Under the pieces are notes generated by a model. That model saw nothing but the letters and a program-made list of their open reading frames with translations. It was not told the origin of the DNA and made no database searches. Below are positions 20,477 to 28,728 of a stretch of 64,000 nt of DNA, one piece after another (positions within the stretch are counted from its first letter, which is position 1; every line of letters starts with the position of its first letter). A program made the position numbers and the translations under genes. The stretch is from NCBI GenBank assembly GCA_964522505.1, contig CAZFWJ010000011.1, forward strand, positions 4,851-68,850, given 5' to 3'. This DNA is from an uncultured Saprospiraceae bacterium (GTDB lineage Bacteria > Bacteroidota > Bacteroidia > Chitinophagales > Saprospiraceae).

Positions 20477-21361
20477 TTACGCCGTTGCTACAGCACGCTC
20501 ATTAAGGTGATAGAAATATACATCTTCCAGATTTGGAGTCGCCGCAGTAAATCCTTCTCCAGGATGTCCCTCCGAGTAAATACGTACCGTTATACTATGA
20601 TCAGGATTATACGAATTAGATAGGAATCTGTAGCGCTCTTGCACTTCAGTCAAGTTCCCCTCGATGCGCTTTATCCAAATCTTGCCGTCCATCTCAGCGG
20701 CTGCAGACTCTGGTGATTGGCGAAGCAGTATTGAACCCTGGTTCATAATGGCCATATCGAGGCAAAGCTCCTTAACATCCTCCACGATGTGTGTTGAAAA
20801 GATTACAATGTGACCACGACTGATTTCTCTGAGAATATTGAGAAATCGCTTGCGTTCGGCAGGATCCAAGCCCGCAGTAGGCTCATCTACAATGATCAAC
20901 TGTGGATCGTTGAGTAACATCTGCGCAATTCCAAATCGCTGTTTCATACCTCCAGAATATCCAGAAACCGCTCGTCGTCTAACTTCTGATAGATTAGTTA
21001 CTTCAAGGACATAATCGACCAGCTTCTTTCGATCCTTGCTGCTCCCTACTCCTTTTAGGCTTGCAAAATAATTGAGCAAGTCCAATGCGGATATATTTGG
21101 ATAGACTCCAAACTCCTGCGGCAGGTACCCCAAGGTCTTTCGCAATTCTCTAGGTTGCGCCAGAACATCAATGTCGTTAAAATGAATAGACCCACCGTCT
21201 GGCTCTTGCAAGGTTGCAATGGTTCGCATCAGTGAAGACTTACCGGCTCCATTTGGCCCTAATAAGCCAAACATGCCCTGACCTATAGTCAAGTTGATAT
21301 CATCAAGGGCCTTAACGCCATTAGGGTAAGTCTTAGAGAGATTTTGGATAGTTAGCTGCAT
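20477..21361 (-). CDS. ABC transporter ATP-binding protein
   Basis: Walker A GPNGAGKSS, signature YSGGMKQR, Walker B LIIVDEPTAGLD. I place the start at the internal ATG (MQLTIQNLSK..). The 20-aa hydrophobic extension in the ORF track looks spurious. Confidence 0.88.
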   Translation of the reverse strand: MQLTIQNLSKTYPNGVKALDDINLTIGQGMFGLLGPNGAGKSSLMRTIATLQEPDGGSIHFNDIDVLAQPRELRKTLGYLPQEFGVYPNISALDLLNYFASLKGVGSSKDRKKLVDYVLEVTNLSEVRRRAVSGYSGGMKQRFGIAQMLLNDPQLIIVDEPTAGLDPAERKRFLNILREISRGHIVIFSTHIVEDVKELCLDMAIMNQGSILLRQSPESAAAEMDGKIWIKRIEGNLTEVQERYRFLSNSYNPDHSITVRIYSEGHPGEGFTAATPNLEDVYFYHLNERAVATA

Positions 21362-21696
21362 ATATATTGTAAGAAATGAAATGATGTGAGCAAATATCAG
21401 CAGAAAGATACAAAAGCACATAAGTAATAGATGAACTATACAATCAATCGGCTCAACTCAACCTACTTCTAACAAAATCACCACTAATTTTACTCCGTTC
21501 CGAGTTAATTCAAGATGAAGATGGAGAGGTCATCAGAAAGTAATTGTGCTCCTTTAAGAAGGCGAGGTCTTATATTTTACTGAGACCTGATAGCTATTTC
21601 TTCTAACATAGAATTTTTAGTTTACCATAGTATTTTTAGATTAGTCTAAATTATTATTTTTGTGAATCATTGATTAATTTTGCAATCAAGCAAATT

Positions 21697-23997
21697 ATGA
21701 ATAAAATAAGCACCTTAATCTCAACCCTACTCTTAAGTTTGGTATTTGCCACTATGATGAATGCGCAGCTAAGCACATTGAGTGGAGTAATCACTAATGA
21801 GTTTAATGAGCCACAACCATATGTTCATATTACACTAGCTGATCAATATGGAACTGTTACTGAGTTGGATGGTTCTTTTACGATTGTCTCTATTACTCCT
21901 GGCACTTATCTGTTCAAGACCTCCTTCCTAGGATATCAAGAGTTAGAACAGGAAGTAATTATTAAAGAAGGTAAAAATGAGATCGCTGATCTCGTCTTAC
22001 TGCCCGACAACAACACACTAGATGAAGTAGTCGTCACTGGCACCTTGAAAGCAGTAAGAAGATCAGATAGCCCTGTTCCTGTTGACGTATATACGCCTGC
22101 ATTCTTCAAGAAGAATCCGACTGCCAATGTCTATGAAGCCCTACAAAACGTCAATGGAGTAAGGCCTAATTTAAACTGTCAGGTTTGTAATACTGGAGAT
22201 ATTCAGATCAATGGACTGGATGGACCATATACCCTGGTGCTCATAGATGGCATGCCTATTGTCAGCAGTCTTGCTACTGTCTATGGACTATCTGGAATAC
22301 CCAATTCCATGATAGAGCGTATGGAGATTGTTAAAGGGCCAGCATCATCATTATATGGTAGTGAGGCCATCGGTGGCCTAATCAATATTATCACTAAGGA
22401 TGCCTCTAAGGCTCCTGTTCTCTCGCTAGATCTAATGGGAACCTCTTGGGCAGAATATAATGCCGACGTGTCGTTAAAGCTCAATGTGGGTCAAGTAGCA
22501 GATGTATTCACCGGAGTCAATTACTTTAACTACAGCAATCCCCAAGATCGTAACAACGACAACTTTACTGATCTGGCGATCCAGGATCGAATATCGATAT
22601 TTCAGAAGTGGAATTTTGAACGCAAGGATAATCGCCTGTTCAGTTTGGCTGCAAGGTATTTTCACGAAGACAGATGGGGCGGAGAATTAGACTGGACACC
22701 AGAGTTCAGAGGTACTGATCAAATCTATGGAGAGTCTATATTCACAGATCGATTTGAGTTATTAGGTCAGTACGAACTGCCGACAGTCAATAATATGATG
22801 TTGACTTTTTCATATAATTCCCATCACCAAGATTCATTCTATGGGGATGAGCCATATGTGGCAGATCAGGAGATCGCATTTACACAACTCACCTGGAACA
22901 AGCCGATTAATAATCATGACTTACTAGTGGGGTCATCATTCAGATATACCTACTACGACGATAATACGACTGCTACCAGCAGTGGCATCAATGATACAGA
23001 CAATGATCCCGATCAAATCTACCTACCAGGAATATTCGTGCAAGACGAAATTAAATTCAATCCAAAGCACACCTTGCTCCTCGGATTGAGGTATGACTAT
23101 AACGATGATCATGGCAGCGTATTCACGCCAAGAATAGCTTATAAGTGGGGCCCTTCGACGACCGACAATTTCAGGATTAATGTTGGCACTGGATTTAGAG
23201 TGGTGAGTTTATTCACTGAAGACCATGCCGCTTTGACTGGCTCACGAGATGTTGTTGTTGCCGAAGAATTACTTCCTGAGCAATCTATTAATATCAATCT
23301 GAACTATACCAAACGCCTATACATGAGCAATGGCGGTTCTGCTAATATTGAGTTATCCTCATGGTTCACTCATTTCAGTAATATCATCCTGCCTGATTAT
23401 GACTCTAATCCTAATCAGATCATCTATGATAATCTTGACGGTCATGCCATCACCAAAGGGGTAAGCTTAAGTGGAGACTTAACCCTACCATCTGGATTGA
23501 GCTTTAATCTCGGTGCGACCCTGATGGATGTTTCTACCACTGAAAATGGGGTTACACAGCGCCAGATTCTAACCGAGAGATTTGCCGGCAATTGGTCTGC
23601 TAGCTATAAGCTACCCAATAGAAAATGGGGCATCGACTACACTGCCAATCTATATGGGCCACTGAGGCTACCGCTATTGGGAGAGCTCGACCCCCGACCC
23701 GAGTTCTCGCCTTGGTGGAGCATTCAAAATATTCAGCTCACACATAAGCCAAGTGACGCAATAGAATTCTATGGAGGTATTAAAAATCTACTCGACTGGA
23801 CGCCTTGGAAAAATCTCGAACAGCCGATTATCGCAAGAAGTTTTGATCCGTTTGATAGCGAAGTATCTTTTGACGCTGCAGGAGAAGTAATCCCAACTAG
23901 CAATAATCCATTTGCGCTCACCTTTGATCCAGAGTATGTCTATGCCCCTAATCAAGGTAGGCGACTATTTTTTGGATTGCGGTATACTTTCAACTAG
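21697..23997 (+). CDS. TonB-dependent receptor with N-terminal CarboxypepD_reg-like domain
   Basis: Signal peptide from the ATG at 21697. Plug-domain motifs (IEIVKGPASSLYGSEAIGGLINIIT). Long beta-barrel ending ..GLRYTFN. Unusual CQVC pair at 22177-22188. Confidence 0.88.
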   Translation: MNKISTLISTLLLSLVFATMMNAQLSTLSGVITNEFNEPQPYVHITLADQYGTVTELDGSFTIVSITPGTYLFKTSFLGYQELEQEVIIKEGKNEIADLVLLPDNNTLDEVVVTGTLKAVRRSDSPVPVDVYTPAFFKKNPTANVYEALQNVNGVRPNLNCQVCNTGDIQINGLDGPYTLVLIDGMPIVSSLATVYGLSGIPNSMIERMEIVKGPASSLYGSEAIGGLINIITKDASKAPVLSLDLMGTSWAEYNADVSLKLNVGQVADVFTGVNYFNYSNPQDRNNDNFTDLAIQDRISIFQKWNFERKDNRLFSLAARYFHEDRWGGELDWTPEFRGTDQIYGESIFTDRFELLGQYELPTVNNMMLTFSYNSHHQDSFYGDEPYVADQEIAFTQLTWNKPINNHDLLVGSSFRYTYYDDNTTATSSGINDTDNDPDQIYLPGIFVQDEIKFNPKHTLLLGLRYDYNDDHGSVFTPRIAYKWGPSTTDNFRINVGTGFRVVSLFTEDHAALTGSRDVVVAEELLPEQSININLNYTKRLYMSNGGSANIELSSWFTHFSNIILPDYDSNPNQIIYDNLDGHAITKGVSLSGDLTLPSGLSFNLGATLMDVSTTENGVTQRQILTERFAGNWSASYKLPNRKWGIDYTANLYGPLRLPLLGELDPRPEFSPWWSIQNIQLTHKPSDAIEFYGGIKNLLDWTPWKNLEQPIIARSFDPFDSEVSFDAAGEVIPTSNNPFALTFDPEYVYAPNQGRRLFFGLRYTFN

Positions 23998-23999
23998 TT

Positions 24000-24494
24000 A
24001 TGGCAAGAATCTTAATTTTACAAGCTACTTTCTGTATGCTCTCCCTAATGTCGTGCTCAAGCAACAAGATTGTAGAGCACCATTCTCTTACAACTTACGA
24101 TATCTCTGAACTGGATACCCTAGCTGACAAAGGCGACAGGCCAATAGTGATATTTATGCATGCCACTTGGTGTACATTCTGTCGCAACATGGAGCATACC
24201 ACCTTTAAGAATGAGCCGGTTAAGGAGTTGTTGTCATCAGAATTCTATTTCATCAGCTTTGATGGTGAGGATAAACGCAATCTGGAGTACAATGACATCA
24301 CTTATCAATATCGTCCACACAGCCATACTAGTGGGACTAATGAGCTTGGCAAACATCTCGGTGCTATTGATGGTCAGCTCGTCTATCCTATTCTTGTTAT
24401 CATGTCACCTACACAAGAGATCATCGGGCGTTACGGAACCTTTCTAACATCCAATGAATTGCTGGCTATTCTTAGGCCTATTACACTTCATTAA
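24000..24494 (+). CDS. Thioredoxin-fold lipoprotein
   Basis: 164-aa ORF starting 2 nt after the receptor stop. Lipobox LMSC. Redox motif WCTFC at 24168-24182. Confidence 0.75.
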   Translation: MARILILQATFCMLSLMSCSSNKIVEHHSLTTYDISELDTLADKGDRPIVIFMHATWCTFCRNMEHTTFKNEPVKELLSSEFYFISFDGEDKRNLEYNDITYQYRPHSHTSGTNELGKHLGAIDGQLVYPILVIMSPTQEIIGRYGTFLTSNELLAILRPITLH

Positions 24495-24692
24495 AAAAAT
24501 TCAAATAATTCTCCATTGATGCTATGGGTTAAAATATCTTATGAGCATCTATTTATTAGTGCATATCTTTTTTTGTAAGAATTCCTTATGCGAGATACTG
24601 AGATTATCCACTACATAACTAATCCGGAGAAGTCTAAGGCGCCAAATCCAGCGTTAGTCTGTTCAAATCATTATTGGCTTAGTATCCAAACT

Positions 24693-24723
24693 AAAAAAGC
24701 CCATCTACACTCAGCAGATGGGC
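24693..24723 (-). terminator. Orphan rho-independent terminator-like hairpin
   Basis: 8-bp GC-rich stem GCCCATCT/AGATGGGC (24699-24706 / 24716-24723), 9-nt loop. On the minus strand it is followed by TTTTTT (24693-24698). Confidence 0.5.
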
Positions 24724-24888
24724 AAAATCCATTATGGAATGGAACTCACACTAAATTTTTCAGAAAGCTCTACAGTCTTCTTATTATAAGCACAGATGTG
24801 CTCAGCAATCAGATCTGAGTAGCGCTTCAATTCACTTTGATTACGTTAGCTTCGCATTTATAGATGCGTCCTAATTAAAAAATTTCAT

Positions 24889-24918
24889 AAAAAAAGGAGA
24901 GTCTTATTCATGCTCTCC
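24889..24918 (-). terminator. Terminator of the sigma / anti-sigma-like operon
   Basis: 6-bp stem GGAGAG/CTCTCC (24896-24901 / 24913-24918). On the minus strand it is followed by seven T (24889-24895). Lies about 75 nt after the stop at 24991. Confidence 0.5.
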
Positions 24919-24990
24919 CTGGGATTGACCCCTTATGTTCAGTTAAAAATTTCCAATTTTTTCACTCTTTCAAGTTGAGTGCATATCTAT

Positions 24991-26466
24991 CTACTTCACT
25001 AATGATACACCTAATCTAAATCCTATTGAGGTAAGTCTAACATTGCCATGACCTACTCCATTCAGTGGAAGTTTTAAATAGGGTCCAGCATCTATGAAGT
25101 ATCCTCCGCCAGTTCTCAACTTATAGGTGGTAGACAATTCAATCTGACTCAGTAAAGTCTGATTTTCTCCTGTAAAGAGTCCAGTGAAGTCATCACTACT
25201 TTCGGCGAATCGATAGTCATATTCTTCTCTCAACATAAAGTTCGAGAGTAAATTAATATGAGCCGATAAACCATTGCTCTGTACATCTGAGAAGTGATAA
25301 GATGCACCCAAAGACACATCAATCATATCACATAGGGCCAGTATTTCTTCCGGGGCCACGCCTTCGGTAGAAGCCCAAAATCCTACAGGAGGAATATAAT
25401 CATCGCCTTCAGCCTGATAACATTCACTTATATAATTCACACCAGCATTAATAACAAGCTTTGAGCTCGCTATATATCCAAATCGGAGTCCGATACTATA
25501 ATCTGTGTCACTCAAGCCGCCCAAAGGTGACTGAGCTAATTCAATGCCCGCATTAGCGCCAATCAAAATTTTAGGTCCCTTCTCTTCCAGTTTTTCAGAT
25601 CTCTTCTCAAAAGTCATGTCTGCCTCGTAATTAATACGCTCCAGATCAAGAGGGGCGATTCCAAGTGCTGGTAATTTCGATATTAACGGATTATCTTCCT
25701 CTACTTCACCCGTAGTGCTGAGGGATGAGTTTAGGTGGTACCCGGAAGTAATTGTTGCCCGTTCATCGACCAGTTGTCGAGAGTTGTCATATTGTCCGGC
25801 ATCTGAATCTATCTGATCGTTGGATCCTTGGACACCCTGAAAAACATTAGATTCATCTCTGGTCAATTCAGGATTAATAGTTCTATTTTCAGATTGAGTT
25901 TGAACGACTGATTGGACAATCCCCGATGCATCATGATCATCATACGATGCATCTTCTAAAACGGTCAAATTGGTGTGTATGTCGTAAGATGGGTCCTTCG
26001 CCAACTCAGTTACAGATCCCTCATCTATCTTTAATTGACTTTCCTTAGGCCTTTGGACAGTTATAGGACCTTCGCTTGTCTTAACATGTTTTTCAGGAGT
26101 CTCACCAGATACGACCGCTTCTCGCTCGGTAATTTCCTGACCCATATTAGCCGCAGTGCCAGAATGTCGATCTATGATTTGATTATCTGAAATTATAGGG
26201 TCTGAGACTTGTTCACTCGGACTTGTATTAGCACTATTAATACTCTTTATAGAATCAGCTGAAGCACCATTAAACATAAAAAACCATAGAGCTACTGCAG
26301 ACATAACTAGGAGACCCGATAAAATCCAAAAAATGGATCTATCCTTACCTTGCTCGTCAAGCATTTTCTCCACTGCGCTCCAATCCTCCTGCTGATATTC
26401 CAATTCGGGATTATCAGACAACTCTTTAAATCTCGTCATTAATTTGTTGAAATCTCTCTCACTCAT
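24991..26466 (-). CDS. Anti-sigma-like membrane protein with long polar linker and beta-barrel-like C-terminal domain
   Basis: 491-aa ORF. Short cytoplasmic N-terminus, one TM (IFWILSGLLVMSAVALWFFMF), a ~230-aa acidic/polar low-complexity region, and a C-terminal ~190 aa with alternating beta-strand pattern. Start overlaps the sigma gene stop by 4 nt. Confidence 0.6.
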   Translation of the reverse strand: MSERDFNKLMTRFKELSDNPELEYQQEDWSAVEKMLDEQGKDRSIFWILSGLLVMSAVALWFFMFNGASADSIKSINSANTSPSEQVSDPIISDNQIIDRHSGTAANMGQEITEREAVVSGETPEKHVKTSEGPITVQRPKESQLKIDEGSVTELAKDPSYDIHTNLTVLEDASYDDHDASGIVQSVVQTQSENRTINPELTRDESNVFQGVQGSNDQIDSDAGQYDNSRQLVDERATITSGYHLNSSLSTTGEVEEDNPLISKLPALGIAPLDLERINYEADMTFEKRSEKLEEKGPKILIGANAGIELAQSPLGGLSDTDYSIGLRFGYIASSKLVINAGVNYISECYQAEGDDYIPPVGFWASTEGVAPEEILALCDMIDVSLGASYHFSDVQSNGLSAHINLLSNFMLREEYDYRFAESSDDFTGLFTGENQTLLSQIELSTTYKLRTGGGYFIDAGPYLKLPLNGVGHGNVRLTSIGFRLGVSLVK

Positions 26467-27002
26467 AACATTGCAAGATTTATGTTCATCATTTTTCGCA
26501 AATTTGATTTTGCGCGACTCAGATTTGACTTTGATGTACTAACAGTTATCCCCAATTTCTCGGCGATTTCATGGTGCTTGAAACCATCAATTACATAAAG
26601 ACTGAAAACGGTTCGATATGCACTCGGAAGATTATTTATCACCTTCAACATGTCCTCATATGACAAGTTCGAAATAGCATTTGAATCGATAGTAACAGTT
26701 ACATTATCATCGAGATCATCATGGTGAGATATTTTCCGATTTGAACGAAGATAGTCTAATGCAGAATTCACCACTATAGTCTTGAACCATGGTTTGAAAT
26801 CTAACGCTATATCGAACTTTTCTATATTCTTAAACACTTTATAAAAGCTTTGATTAAGGATTGATCTAGCCTCAAGTGGATCGCGGACATACCTTAGGCA
26901 TATACCTAGCCCATAAGAATAAAACTGTTTATGCAGCTCATTCTGGGCCTTCCGATCCCGTTTGACACATTTACTGATTATATTTTGTACGTGTGAGTCC
27001 AA
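26463..27002 (-). CDS. ECF-type RNA polymerase sigma-70 family factor
   Basis: 179-aa ORF. Region 2-like FYSYGLGICLRY... and region 4 HTH HHEIAEKLGITVSTSKSNLSRAKSNLRK. Starts at a TTG, so the start is uncertain. Confidence 0.85.
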   Translation of the reverse strand: MDSHVQNIISKCVKRDRKAQNELHKQFYSYGLGICLRYVRDPLEARSILNQSFYKVFKNIEKFDIALDFKPWFKTIVVNSALDYLRSNRKISHHDDLDDNVTVTIDSNAISNLSYEDMLKVINNLPSAYRTVFSLYVIDGFKHHEIAEKLGITVSTSKSNLSRAKSNLRKMMNINLAML

Positions 27003-27266
27003 CCAATAAAATTTAACCGCTCTTTGCTATACTACGCTTGAGTGCATGATAAGGATGCGTTTAGATCTAATTTTTTAAAAAAATAAAGGTCTGCATGCAA
27101 ATCATCGAAGTCAAGCTCAGCCTCGTACGAAGCCGTTTTCCTTGTTGCTATACTTGTGATGTCCTAAAATAGTACTTCACAAAAAATGTTGTTATTTCCG
27201 ATGCAAGTTGAATATCTCTATTCCAATAAGATTTAAGATGTCGCCTACACCGCCATTTTAGTGTTA

Positions 27267-27302
27267 CCCAGAGGGTCCAAGGTTCGAGTCCTTTAGGAAG
27301 CG
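27267..27302 (+). other. tRNA-like 3' fragment (variable-arm-like hairpin, T arm, acceptor-like tail); not an intact tRNA
   Basis: Exact T-loop consensus GGTTCGAGTCC at 27281-27291. T stem CAAGG/CCTTT (4 bp plus a mismatch). Preceding CCC-AGA-GGG mini-hairpin 27267-27275. No complementary 5' acceptor strand and no foldable anticodon arm upstream. Confidence 0.35.
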
Positions 27303-27456
27303 CTTCATATACATCTGACCATGTCCAATGGGATAATTCCGCATTGGAGTCAGATATTATCCGATTTGTTCTTCAAGGGGTTTTAATCCTTTGGGTTTAA
27401 TTACTCTTTTATAGTTCCACGGATTAATCAATATATTTAGTGAATAATCTACCGGT

Positions 27457-28716
27457 ATGAAAAACTTAAGCTATATCCTCAGTGGTATATTCCTAATATC
27501 TCTTGTTGCGTGCAAGACAGCACCAACTGGACCACAGACTATGTCCGCAGAAGAGGTCGTATCCAATCTTCAGAAGCGACTTATCGAGGCGACTGAAGGA
27601 GAAACCATATTACTGCCCGAAGGCACTTTTTCTTTTAACAGGCCCCTATCATTCACCGATATCTCTGGAGTGACTATCAAAGGAGCAGGAATGAAGAAAA
27701 CTATTCTATCATTCAAAGATCAAATAGAGGGCGGTGAAGGCTTTAATGTTAAGAACGCTACAGATATTACTCTTGAAGATTTTACCATTGCAGATAGCCA
27801 GGGAGATGCGCTGAAGCTTCATGAATGCACCAATGTTGTCATTAGAGGTATGGAAACAACTTGGACTACTGGCGCCTCAGAGAAGAATGGCGCCTATGGA
27901 CTCTATCCAGTATTCTGCACTAATGTGTTGATGGAAGACTGTGAAGCCTCCTATGCAATGGATGCTGGCATCTATATCGGTCAATCTAACAATGTAGTGA
28001 TCCGCAACAACTATGCGCATCACAATGTAGCCGGGATTGAAATCGAAAACACTCGGGTGGGCGAAGTATATGGTAACAGATCAGTAGACAATACAGCCGG
28101 TATGTTGATATTCGATATGCCAGATGTACCACAGGCCAATGGACATAGCATCAAGGTATACGACAACGTGATGGAAAACAATAACGGGGAGAACTTCTCA
28201 GCGCCCGGTATTGTCGTGAATACACTCCCTCCTGGCACCGGAATGGTTGTCATGGCAAGTACACAAGTAGAATTACACAACAATACCATCTCTAATCATA
28301 AGTCTGTAGGTATAGCCGTCAACACATGGTTATTTACAGGATTGCCATTTGAGTCTAAAGAATATGATCCATTCAACAGCTATATCAGCATCTACGATAA
28401 CACAATCACCGGAACTCAAGGCCCCCCAGATATGACTACAGACCTTGGCAAGTTGTTTACTGCCGTATTCCAGGGGGAGTCGTTCGATATCACTGTTGAT
28501 GGCATCTATAGACCGGATCAACTGGATGAAGACGGAAGACCTACAGGAATCTGCATCAAAAACAATGGTGAAGTCTCCTTCGCTAATCTTAACGCCGCTA
28601 TGGGAGGCACGCCAGAAGCTATCATGAAGAATGTAAACCATGACATGTCTCTATTCAATTGTACCAATCCTAACCTTGAACTGGGTTCATATGATGACTG
28701 GATCGCTGTAGAATAG
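27457..28716 (+). CDS. Parallel beta-helix repeat lipoprotein
   Basis: 419-aa ORF. Lipobox LVAC. Repeated ~22-aa N/G-rich turns (..IRNNYAHHNVAGIEIENT.. / ..YGNRSVDNTAGMLIF.. / ..LHNNTISNHKSVGIAV..) typical of right-handed beta-helix (NosD/pectate-lyase-like) folds. Confidence 0.75.
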   Translation: MKNLSYILSGIFLISLVACKTAPTGPQTMSAEEVVSNLQKRLIEATEGETILLPEGTFSFNRPLSFTDISGVTIKGAGMKKTILSFKDQIEGGEGFNVKNATDITLEDFTIADSQGDALKLHECTNVVIRGMETTWTTGASEKNGAYGLYPVFCTNVLMEDCEASYAMDAGIYIGQSNNVVIRNNYAHHNVAGIEIENTRVGEVYGNRSVDNTAGMLIFDMPDVPQANGHSIKVYDNVMENNNGENFSAPGIVVNTLPPGTGMVVMASTQVELHNNTISNHKSVGIAVNTWLFTGLPFESKEYDPFNSYISIYDNTITGTQGPPDMTTDLGKLFTAVFQGESFDITVDGIYRPDQLDEDGRPTGICIKNNGEVSFANLNAAMGGTPEAIMKNVNHDMSLFNCTNPNLELGSYDDWIAVE

Positions 28717-28728
28717 GGCTACACAGGG

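Noticed and set aside
20477-21421. The full ORF-track extent of the ABC ATPase, with a 20-aa hydrophobic N-terminal extension MCFCIFLLIFAHIISFLTIY.
   Set aside because: ABC ATPases normally begin a few residues before the first beta strand (MQLTIQNLSK..). The extension looks like read-through of AT-rich upstream DNA, so the start was moved to 21361.
21560-21600. CTGAGA immediately followed by CCTGAT upstream of the TonB-dependent receptor, reminiscent of the TPP riboswitch THI-box.
   Set aside because: The two boxes are contiguous instead of being separated by the P3/J3-2 segment. The other conserved TPP elements (GGGG..., GCCAGCG-like) are absent. The bases simply form a 6-bp hairpin AGGTCT/AGACCT.
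24588-24818. 76-aa + strand ORF downstream of the thioredoxin-like gene.
   Set aside because: It runs through a GC-rich terminator hairpin (24699-24723), has an odd composition, and has no plausible ribosome or promoter context. The region more likely holds non-coding or minus-strand RNA.
27225-27302. A possible intact tRNA gene around the GGTTCGAGTCC T-loop.
   Set aside because: No 5' acceptor strand complementary to AGGAAGC exists upstream. The anticodon arm cannot be folded: stem pairs fail and the loop would be 6 nt. It is kept only as a tRNA-like fragment.
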